Part shown: positions 48,060 to 55,902 of the stretch, piece after piece | How the letters are laid out: the number at the start of each line of letters is the position of its first letter | Position numbering within the stretch: position 1 is the first letter of the stretch | Sequence record: SRR20825006_1472 | Length of the DNA: 55,902 nucleotides | Reading direction: 5' to 3' (one strand) | Notes under the pieces: generated by a model | What the model saw: the letters and a program-made list of their open reading frames with translations, nothing else | What the model was told of the DNA's origin: nothing | The model's database searches: none | Translations under genes and position numbers: made by a program

Positions 48060-48928
48060 TGGCCCGCCTCAATACGCATTTCTTGGAAAAGTGCCGTGCT
48101 TTCGCCCGACCCGGCTTTTTTGAACTGTCCCAACATGAAAAAGGGTTGCCCGAAATTTTCCGTCCGCGCCAAGCGGCGCGTGGCAAACTCGTAAGCACCA
48201 GCTGGCTGGTCGCCTAAAGCGGGCATATTGAGGGTTACCCCGGCATGATATTGAAAGCCCGTGCGGGTGAGCCGAAGATCAAACCCTTTCTCAAAAAGCG
48301 CTACCAATGCCTCGTCGGCAATGGCGCGCGGTGCATCGCTGCAAATATTGTCGAGCAAAGGCCCATCAAACAGATTGCTGGTGAACTGAGTAACCGTTGG
48401 CTTTTCCCCTTCAACCAAAATTCGCGAACTTTCCACATGCAGATAAAGCGCAGTGCCGCAGCCCTTTGTGTGGGCATATAATTGCGCCGCAATGTAATTA
48501 TCCTCATCTTCGCGCAAACCGATCCAAACACTTTCTTCGCCGGTTTTGGTTTCCAACTTGGCGGAAATCTGCATGGTGAAATCACCCTCAGGCAATCCGC
48601 CATCAAGGGTGAAAATATTGTCTGCCTCTGCATTGTCCGGCGTGGCCGTGCCGCCATTTTCAAGCATAAAAATCTCGCCGGCCTCCAGCACATATTTGTC
48701 CAAATTCTCATTTTGAACCGCCCAAGATGCCGACAAAGCATTCCCGTCAAACGGATCAACAAAGGGAAGCGCCAATGTTTGCGCTACTGCTGCTCCATTG
48801 TCCGCCGCTGCTAACCGCGCCTGTTCCTCCGCTGACATCTCCTCCTGCGCCCCTGCCAAAGGCACAAGTCCGGACAACATCACCACCACCGCAAGGCTCA
48901 ACCGGGTGGATTTTGCCGTAAATCGCAT
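48056..48928 (-). CDS. Secreted protein paralogous to the C-terminal domain of the downstream vWA protein
   Basis: Signal peptide; shares FDG.AL...W, LP.GDF, KGCG, LFDGP..DNICS..PRA.AD and GES motifs. Confidence 0.75.
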   Translation of the reverse strand: MRFTAKSTRLSLAVVVMLSGLVPLAGAQEEMSAEEQARLAAADNGAAVAQTLALPFVDPFDGNALSASWAVQNENLDKYVLEAGEIFMLENGGTATPDNAEADNIFTLDGGLPEGDFTMQISAKLETKTGEESVWIGLREDEDNYIAAQLYAHTKGCGTALYLHVESSRILVEGEKPTVTQFTSNLFDGPLLDNICSDAPRAIADEALVALFEKGFDLRLTRTGFQYHAGVTLNMPALGDQPAGAYEFATRRLARTENFGQPFFMLGQFKKAGSGESTALFQEMRIEAGQ

Positions 48929-48985
48929 ATTTCAAACTCCAACTGACCAATTGGCCCACCGTTAGCAAGCCAAATGCATTGCCGC

Positions 48986-49003
48986 CTCTACCAAATGGTA
49001 TAG
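48986..49003 (-). promoter_or_regulatory. Putative activator box 4
   Basis: CTATACCATTTGGTAGAG on the minus strand (15/18 identical to box 1); TAACGG 23 nt downstream. Confidence 0.65.
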
Positions 49004-49221
49004 AGTTTGGTGATGAGGTGCGCTCTGTTGTTCACTTTAGTTAAACTCAGATATTCCGAAATCTGGGCTGTTGTAATTTTTTATCTGACCAGCAACTCGA
49101 TTTTTGTGTCACCTCAGCAACATTACTTGACGTACGTTTGCCCTAACTAGCATTCGCTATTGACACTAAGCTGGTTAGACCGCACACCCCAATTTATGTC
49201 TCTAGTTTTGGAATTCTTGCC

Positions 49222-50499
49222 ATGAACCGCTTTTCACTACGCTCATTGAAGCGTTCGTGGACAGTTAATATTTTATTTGTCTTAACTGCTGTGATTTCAT
49301 CCATTTGCAGCATCATACTTGCCCAGTTTATTTTCTTTGGACACTTGGTCCTTCCCACTCAGCAACCTATTCTTATCAGCTGCGGCGCGGCTCTTTCGTT
49401 ATTGTTAGTCACTCATTTGAGCTATTTGGCGACAGATCGAATTCCAGGGTCTGCGCCGCAATTTTTGGCAATTCCCATACTCGCCTTCTATTTCTTGTTG
49501 CTTTCAACAGCACTTTATTTTCTGAGAATCGACTATAGTCGCGTTGTCTTAGGAGCGGCGTTCGTCGGTTTGGTAATTTGGTACATAGTTGGGACTGTGC
49601 TTCTACGACGCTATGAGACAGGTAAAATCGGCATCGTACCGCCAGCCACTCTCGCCAAAGTGGAAATTTTACCAAAAATCGAATGGATGGAACTCGTAGA
49701 TCCAAGCCATCTGCCGGATTCACTTGACGCGCTTATTATTGCGCCGAATGAAAACATTTCCTCAGAGTGGCAAAGGTATGTCACCCGTGCGCGGTTGGAC
49801 AATTTACCTGTTTACACCGCAGATGCGATAAAAGAAGCTATCACGGGAAAGGTGGACTTAGACAAAATCTCTGCCAATGATAAATCATTACTTACATGGG
49901 GTAAGAGCTACCTGCTCATTCGAAAATATTTTGACTGGCTGCTAGCGCTGCTTTCACTTCCTCTTATTCTGCCAATCCTCACCATAATCGCAATTTTGAT
50001 TAAATTGGACGATGGTGGCCCTGTATTTTTCATTCAGGAGCGAACAGGATTTAAAGGTAGGACTTTCTGGATGTATAAAATCCGCACTATGACACATCGT
50101 AAAGTGGAGGCCAGGTCGCTGGAAGCGGCTAAGACTAAAGACGAGGACAAGCGTATAACACGCGTCGGTAAGCTTCTCCGTAAAACACGTCTCGACGAAC
50201 TACCACAAATCTTTAATATCCTACTTGGCCAGATGGCATGGATTGGTCCGCGACCGAATGCTGTTAAGCTGTCCGAATGGTATAGATCAGAATTTTCCCA
50301 GTATGATTTGAGATATATGGTGCCCCCTGGCATAACAGGCTGGGCGCAAGTTAATTTTGGACACGTTGCTTCGGTTGAGGGTGAACGCGAGAAAGTCGCC
50401 TTCGATTTATATTACGCAAAAAACGTTTCTCTTAGCATTGATCTGCTTATTGCTTTGCGAACGATAAAGGTGATGTTCACTGGCTATGGCGCAAAATAG
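49222..50499 (+). CDS. Polyprenyl-phosphate sugar transferase (priming glycosyltransferase)
   Basis: N-terminal TMs; F.QER.G, KIRTM, DKRITRVG..LRKTRLDELPQ, GPRP and PGITGWAQV. Confidence 0.9.
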   Translation: MNRFSLRSLKRSWTVNILFVLTAVISSICSIILAQFIFFGHLVLPTQQPILISCGAALSLLLVTHLSYLATDRIPGSAPQFLAIPILAFYFLLLSTALYFLRIDYSRVVLGAAFVGLVIWYIVGTVLLRRYETGKIGIVPPATLAKVEILPKIEWMELVDPSHLPDSLDALIIAPNENISSEWQRYVTRARLDNLPVYTADAIKEAITGKVDLDKISANDKSLLTWGKSYLLIRKYFDWLLALLSLPLILPILTIIAILIKLDDGGPVFFIQERTGFKGRTFWMYKIRTMTHRKVEARSLEAAKTKDEDKRITRVGKLLRKTRLDELPQIFNILLGQMAWIGPRPNAVKLSEWYRSEFSQYDLRYMVPPGITGWAQVNFGHVASVEGEREKVAFDLYYAKNVSLSIDLLIALRTIKVMFTGYGAK

Positions 50500-50523
50500 C
50501 GAAAATTGACGTTCAATATACGC

Positions 50524-50539
50524 TTAACCAAGCGTTAAC
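50524..50539. promoter_or_regulatory. CtrA-type box upstream of repA
   Basis: TTAA-CCAAGCG-TTAAC fits TTAA-N7-TTAAC; GAATC (GANTC) sites at 50556 and 50563. Confidence 0.6.
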
Positions 50540-50626
50540 CTTAAATTTCTGGACGGAATCGCGAATCTGTGGCAACTTTCTGACGCAAAAAAGCCGTCAA
50601 AGTGATTTTTTACGTCAGAGCAGAAA

Positions 50627-51847
50627 ATGGCAACAGAAGATTTGATTAGCGTCAACCCAGACGAAGAAGATTCCGTCGACAAGATTTTGCGGCATGCTGA
50701 GATGCTGTCAAATCAGTTGCAAAATTTGCGCGAGCGGATGTATCCGCCGCAGGCGCAAAAATCGCTACGCCGCTTTATGACACCAGAGGTGGCCAAGCTC
50801 ACCTCTATCTCAGAATCCAGCTTGCGTACGCTATCCATTGAGGGCAAAGGCCCCACGCCCGAACGGCTGGAAAACAACCACCGCGCCTATACGCTCGAGC
50901 AAATTAACGAGCTGCGGCAGTATTTTGCTGAAAAGAACCCAAATGACGCGCTCACTTATTTGCCGCATCGGCGCGAGGGCGAACATTTGCAAGTTTTGGC
51001 CATCGCCAACTTTAAAGGCGGCAGCGCGAAGACCACGTCAAGCGTGCATCTCGCTCATTATTTGGCGCTGCAGGGCTATCGCGTTTTGGCCATTGATTTG
51101 GACCCGCAGGCCTCTATGTCGGCTATGTTCGGCACCCAGCCTGAATTTGACGTAGCTAGCAATGAAACCATTTATGCGGCCCTGCGCTATGATGATCAGC
51201 AGCGGCCCATCCGCGACGTGATCCGCAAAACCTATTTCCCCGGCTTGGATCTGATTCCCGGCAATATCGAGGTGATGGAGTTTGAATATGACACCCCGCG
51301 GGTGCTGGCACTAAACGAAAACAATCACGGTTCGATCTTTTTTGAACGGCTGGACCAGGCACTGAAGCAAGTCGAGGATGATTACGACATCGTTATCTTG
51401 GACACGCCCCCTTCCCTCGGCTATTTGACCTTGGCGTCGCTTTACGCCGCCACCGGACTTTTGATCACCGTGCACCCGGCCATGATGGACGTGGCTTCCA
51501 TGAACCAATTTTTGTTGATGATGGGCGACCTTGTGGGCGTGATCCGCAATGCCGGCGCCACCATGCAAAAAGACTTTATGCGCTATCTGGTGACCCGCCA
51601 TGATCCCAACGATCAGGCCCAAGCCCAAATTGTTGGCCTGTTGCGTCACCTGTTCGCCACCGATGTGCTGTTGCCTACCGCTCTTGAAAGCACGGCTGTC
51701 GAAGCCGCCGGATTGGGCAAACGCTCCATCTATGAAGTGGAAGCGGGCGAAGTGCAGCGCAACACACTGAAGCGTGCCCGTGAAGCTATGGATTTGGTGA
51801 ATGGTGCGCTGGTCGATTTGATCCATGAAGCCTGGGGGCGGAAATGA
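50627..51847 (+). CDS. repA: Plasmid partitioning ATPase RepA
   Basis: N-terminal HTH, NFKGGSAKTT deviant Walker A, IDLDPQAS and DTPPSLG. Confidence 0.95.
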   Translation: MATEDLISVNPDEEDSVDKILRHAEMLSNQLQNLRERMYPPQAQKSLRRFMTPEVAKLTSISESSLRTLSIEGKGPTPERLENNHRAYTLEQINELRQYFAEKNPNDALTYLPHRREGEHLQVLAIANFKGGSAKTTSSVHLAHYLALQGYRVLAIDLDPQASMSAMFGTQPEFDVASNETIYAALRYDDQQRPIRDVIRKTYFPGLDLIPGNIEVMEFEYDTPRVLALNENNHGSIFFERLDQALKQVEDDYDIVILDTPPSLGYLTLASLYAATGLLITVHPAMMDVASMNQFLLMMGDLVGVIRNAGATMQKDFMRYLVTRHDPNDQAQAQIVGLLRHLFATDVLLPTALESTAVEAAGLGKRSIYEVEAGEVQRNTLKRAREAMDLVNGALVDLIHEAWGRK

Positions 51848-52848
51848 GCAAGCGCAAATCTATTGTTTCAAGCTTTGGCGACCTGACTGGCGACAGCACA
51901 AAACCAAAAGCCGCGGAGCCAAGTTCTGAAGACAAACAAAAGCCCCCAAGCCGGGTGGCCGCAGGCATTATTGGCACCACTCAACGCACGCTTTCTCAGC
52001 TGCGTGAGGAACGAGATCAATTGCTGGCGCAAGCGCAAAGCGCTGATAAGATTTTGAAACTGGATCCCGAGAAGATTGACCCCTCGCCTTTTCAAGATCG
52101 TTTGCCGGATGATGATCCAACCGCTTTTGAACAGTTCAAACAAAGCATGCGCGATGAGGGGCAGCAGGTTCCCATCACCGTGCGTCTGCATCCGCAACAT
52201 AGTGATCGCCATCAGATTGTTTATGGCCATCGCCGCTGGCGAGCGCTTAAAGAATTAGGTCTCCCTGTTAAAGCTATTCTCGTTGATTATTCTGATCGTG
52301 ACCTTGTGGTCGCGCAAGGCATCGAGAACGCCAACAGACAGGATTTGAGCTGGATTGAACGCGCCCTTTTTGCCGATGAAATGCATCGCGCGGGCCTCAA
52401 GCCCAAAGACATCAAAGCTGCGCTAAATGTGGACGATGCTCAACTTTCAAAATTCCGTTATGTGAACAAACAGGTTGGTGCTCACCTCATCCAATTGGTG
52501 GGGCGCGCGCCTGGCATTGGCCGACCGAGATGGATCGAGCTTGCTGATCGCTTGAAAGAAGGCGTGGATGAAGATCAGCTTTTGGACACCTTGTCAGATG
52601 ACAAGGTTCAAAAAAACTTATCTCCGGATGACCGGTTCAGCCTTATACTAAAGCTCGCTAAACCCGAAAAGCCCAGCAAGTCTCGGGAGCCGTCCTTATC
52701 ACTAGGTGAGGTGGGCACCATGCAGAAGGGTAAAAACGAAGTTCGGATTAAGCTCAAAAAGCAACATCAGGTTGAATTTGTCGAATTTCTTGAGAGCGAA
52801 ATGGACGCGCTTCTCGAAAAATATAACCGCCTTCGCGGAAAATCATAA
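51844..52848 (+). CDS. repB: Plasmid partitioning protein RepB (ParB family)
   Basis: GQQVPI, YGHRR, EN..R.DLSWIE and APGIGRPRW. Confidence 0.95.
   Translation: MSKRKSIVSSFGDLTGDSTKPKAAEPSSEDKQKPPSRVAAGIIGTTQRTLSQLREERDQLLAQAQSADKILKLDPEKIDPSPFQDRLPDDDPTAFEQFKQSMRDEGQQVPITVRLHPQHSDRHQIVYGHRRWRALKELGLPVKAILVDYSDRDLVVAQGIENANRQDLSWIERALFADEMHRAGLKPKDIKAALNVDDAQLSKFRYVNKQVGAHLIQLVGRAPGIGRPRWIELADRLKEGVDEDQLLDTLSDDKVQKNLSPDDRFSLILKLAKPEKPSKSREPSLSLGEVGTMQKGKNEVRIKLKKQHQVEFVEFLESEMDALLEKYNRLRGKS
52588..52607. promoter_or_regulatory. parS-like palindrome within repB
   Basis: ACCTTGTCAGATGACAAGGT. Confidence 0.75.
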
Positions 52849-52851
52849 CTC

Positions 52852-52871
52852 ACCTTGTCAACTGACAAGGT
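52852..52871. promoter_or_regulatory. parS-like palindrome just after repB
   Basis: ACCTTGTCAACTGACAAGGT, identical arms to the 52588 copy. Confidence 0.8.
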
Positions 52872-52906
52872 TTTAAACACAACGAACCAGGAAAGGAAAT
52901 TTAAGC

Positions 52907-52965
52907 AAAGAAAAAGGCCTCCAAACCCGACAGTCTGAAAGCCTTCCTCGATAACTTAAGCACCT
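52907..52965 (-). ncRNA. repABC counter-transcribed antisense RNA (ctRNA)
   Basis: In the repB-repC spacer: minus-strand 13-bp stem (with G-U pairs) AAGGCTTTCAGAC/GTTTGGAGGCCTT followed by a U-tract; TTGACA at 52997-52992; 5' end approximate. Confidence 0.7.
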
Positions 52966-53046
52966 ATCAAGGAATCACTTTAGACCAAAAATGTCAAGCA
53001 TTCATGTTTGGCAAGCTGTATTTCTTTGTCTGAATTTTGAAAAATT

Positions 53047-54240
53047 ATGCAAAATCTAGGTTGGCGCAAGCCGACGCCGGGTCTTGTTGCAGCAGAAATG
53101 CATGCGCAAGTCGGTGAGGGGCTTTCTGTACCCAAATCAAAGGCGATCATCGCTGTTAAAAAAGTGGCCACTCATATCGGCATGAAGCCCGCACAATTGA
53201 TGCTGCTCGACATCCTTTTTGCCTTCTCCAAAGCCCAAGACTGGGAGCAGGGGCAACGCCCTGTCGTTTGGCCTTCCAATCAATATTTGATGGATCAAAC
53301 AGGCTTTAGCTTGCCCGCACTCAAGCGCCATCTACGCCGCCTAGGCGAACTAGGCCTGATCAGCTTTCACGACAGCCCAAACGGCAAACGCTATGGCCAT
53401 CGGGACGGGCAGGGGAACATTGTCGAAGCATACGGCTTTGATCTCAGCCCCTTAGCCGCGCGGGCAGGGGAGTTTAAAGCCCTTCACCAAAAGATTATGG
53501 CTGAACGGGCCCAACAGCAGCAATTGCGTAAAGAGCTCACCCGTACACGCCGCTCTATCCGCGCACGCCTTGTAGAGGCCATTGAAGGCGGCCTAGCAGG
53601 TCATTGGAAACAGTTGGAGCGCGAGTTCAATGAAATGCTATCCAATTTGCCAAATTCAAAAAAAGAGCAGGGGGCAATGAAAGTCATTTTAGAAAAGCTC
53701 ACCAATCTCTATCACATCATCGAAGAACTGTTCGCTAGCGCTTTGGATTTGCCCTTAAAACAAAAAGCATCATCCGAAAAAATCACTTCAAATACGAACT
53801 CCAGCCAGCTCAAAATTGAACCTCATATACAAAATACAAATCACTCTCATCCAAACTGTAAAACTAAGCCAGCCGTGCCCAATAATGTACCACAGGAGCG
53901 TGGATTCACGTTTGAAACATTCAATCAGGCATGCCCCAACTACTTCAAGCTAGCTACAGAACTATGTGGCCCGCTCAGAGGTTGGGAAGATCTAAAAAAT
54001 GCGTCACAGCAAATGGGATTGATGATTGGCATCGCACCAGATCATTGGAACCGACTAACCACACAGCTCGGCCCTCATCCTTCCTCAGTGGCAATCGGCT
54101 TAACTTATGAAAAGCACATTGCCGGTGAAGTCCAGAACCCCGCCGGATATTTGTCCGGCATGGCGAAAAAGGCACAAATTGGCAAACTTCACCTCAGTCG
54201 CAGTATCTTCGGCCGCTTATCCAGAGACAAAAATCTGTAG
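53047..54240 (+). CDS. repC: Replication initiator RepC
   Basis: VWPSN..L, DSPNGKRY, AYGFDLSPL and NPAGYL.GM. Confidence 0.95.
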   Translation: MQNLGWRKPTPGLVAAEMHAQVGEGLSVPKSKAIIAVKKVATHIGMKPAQLMLLDILFAFSKAQDWEQGQRPVVWPSNQYLMDQTGFSLPALKRHLRRLGELGLISFHDSPNGKRYGHRDGQGNIVEAYGFDLSPLAARAGEFKALHQKIMAERAQQQQLRKELTRTRRSIRARLVEAIEGGLAGHWKQLEREFNEMLSNLPNSKKEQGAMKVILEKLTNLYHIIEELFASALDLPLKQKASSEKITSNTNSSQLKIEPHIQNTNHSHPNCKTKPAVPNNVPQERGFTFETFNQACPNYFKLATELCGPLRGWEDLKNASQQMGLMIGIAPDHWNRLTTQLGPHPSSVAIGLTYEKHIAGEVQNPAGYLSGMAKKAQIGKLHLSRSIFGRLSRDKNL

Positions 54241-54371
54241 TTTAGAACAGCCCCGACATCCCAACTCAGTGAGCAAGGTGGATTTCTACTATCAATATGA
54301 AAATAAAAAGCAATATTCAATGATACCTAACATTATCATCACCTAGCTCGATCGGATTCTTTGGCAAAATC

Positions 54372-55652
54372 CTACGCCCCATCTTCAGTGTCTGATCCTT
54401 TCGTTTGCTCTGTTAGACCCCAGATAATTGCAAAGGAAAAGGCATAGAACATAGTTGGATAGTCGTACCCCATCACCATATCAGTCAGGCCTAACACAAG
54501 ATATAAAATAGGCATCGTCACAGCCCAATAGAGACGTAACCGGAAGTAAGGATGATCTTTTGGCGTGTCCCAGTAGAGAAGCGGTGCAAACAAAAGTAAA
54601 AAATAAAGCAAAAGGCCTAAAATGCCGCCAGCGACAGCGAAATTAGCAATGTCGGAATGGAAGTTGAAGTATTGTCCTTTAGCCGCGTAGCTCTCCAAGA
54701 TGGTTCCTTCCGTTGCGGCAATAAAACTGTGCCAACCTGTGCCGATAACCGGATGTTCAAGAAAAGACTGAAATGCCACCTGCCACATCTGGTAGCGAAG
54801 CTCTGTAGAACGATCCATCCCTTCGCCGATTGTAACCGACTGCAGACGATTAAGCATGCTTGTGACGAGCCCGTGAGGATTCCACCAATAAATGAAAGAG
54901 ACAACACATGCACCAAATATGAACACCGCAAACCAAACAGGGACAGATTTAAGTAATTTCGTTGGCAGCGCGAACAGGATTGGGAACACAAGTAACAGAG
55001 GAGAGGCCATGAGTGCGCCCCTGGAGCCCGAATATACTACTATGAGCATTGCGGCACTGAACGCAAAAATATAGGTCAGCAGTTTGATCCATCTATTCAC
55101 GTCAAGTATTAGCAACGTCATGGAAATGATAGCCAGTAATATAGATATACGTGACACCAAATTTGGGCCGCCACCCAACAGAGTAGAAACTCTTCTAACC
55201 CCAACAGAATTGTGCTGATAGAATGCCCAACCAGCACCTATAAACAACCCGATAAGAGCGACAAAAAATATCCAATGGAACCTAGGGTTGCCTGCCATTC
55301 GTCTGAATTGCATAAAAACCGACGTTGCAAGGATAAAAACGAAGGTATTAAAACCAAACTTTATAGCCTCCCAACTCAGCCCAGTGATTGCGAAAAGAAT
55401 AAAAAAAACAGAAGCTGTTGCAACCCAGATTGTTAGAAATTTGGATAGGTATTGATTGCTGCTAAGTTGAAACAAATAACCAAGCTGCCAAATTAGTGAA
55501 ATGACAATCGCAAGTGCACCTGCAGCAGATCCAAGTATGCCTGGCAAAGCCAAAAGCCCAATTGTAAATATGGCGGTTGTCGAAAATTGATAGAGCTTAA
55601 ACATTACTAAAGATTTCTGTTTGGTTCTAAGATTTAGTTTTGCTAATCGCAT
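54372..55652 (-). CDS. O-antigen ligase/polymerase-like (Wzy_C) membrane protein
   Basis: Many TMs, SGSRGA, R..MW..A...F.EHP..G.G and HSD; AT-rich; start uncertain. Confidence 0.8.
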   Translation of the reverse strand: MRLAKLNLRTKQKSLVMFKLYQFSTTAIFTIGLLALPGILGSAAGALAIVISLIWQLGYLFQLSSNQYLSKFLTIWVATASVFFILFAITGLSWEAIKFGFNTFVFILATSVFMQFRRMAGNPRFHWIFFVALIGLFIGAGWAFYQHNSVGVRRVSTLLGGGPNLVSRISILLAIISMTLLILDVNRWIKLLTYIFAFSAAMLIVVYSGSRGALMASPLLLVFPILFALPTKLLKSVPVWFAVFIFGACVVSFIYWWNPHGLVTSMLNRLQSVTIGEGMDRSTELRYQMWQVAFQSFLEHPVIGTGWHSFIAATEGTILESYAAKGQYFNFHSDIANFAVAGGILGLLLYFLLLFAPLLYWDTPKDHPYFRLRLYWAVTMPILYLVLGLTDMVMGYDYPTMFYAFSFAIIWGLTEQTKGSDTEDGA

Positions 55653-55902
55653 AAACCATGACGTATCAAAATTCTAGTTGAGTGTGATTTACTTTTTTGA
55701 CCACAGTTGCATTTTGCGTTTCAAGAAAATATTGAACACAAGAAATTTATGCAAAATTAGTGATACTTAGTACTACTAATGAGATTTCTGGATTTTGTTT
55801 ATTTGCACGAAAAGCCATACCTAGTTGAAATAGCGACAGTTATGGAATGAAAACTACCCAAGAAATGTATAGCCACCATGAGCACTTCGGACGTGAACCT
55901 AG

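Noticed and set aside
1-55902. tRNA, rRNA, IS transposases, conjugation genes
   Set aside because: None recognised in the window

Overview
This 55.9-kb window comes from an alphaproteobacterial repABC replicon (plasmid or chromid). The repA-repB-repC module at 50.6-54.2 kb has two parS-like palindromes, an antisense ctRNA hairpin and a CtrA-type box. From left to right the cargo is: a polyol (sorbitol/mannitol) ABC uptake and catabolism operon with a LacI regulator; a defence-island-like block (FicTA-like pair, small tyrosine recombinase, DUF2971-like gene, complete type II CBASS capV-CD-NTase-cap2-cap3); a frameshifted lysozyme-like gene; a large class II Fic gene; a dpp/opp-type peptide ABC system with Xaa-Pro peptidase; an arsR-arsC-acr3-arsH operon; LysR/GST, LysR/SbtA and symporter genes; and polysaccharide genes on both sides of repABC. 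Two less ordinary signals stand out. (1) An 18-bp box (C-N3-MCCAWWTGGKRGWG) recurs four times, each 23 nt upstream of a -10-like hexamer, in front of four operons of uncharacterised secreted, vWA and LemA proteins that sit beside two LuxR-HTH/alpha-beta-hydrolase fusion regulators. This looks like a small uncharacterised envelope regulon. (2) Short degenerate GCGGACATT-type sites mark the module boundaries around the small tyrosine recombinase, suggesting a cassette-like array. All calls rest on motif recognition by eye; no searches were run.
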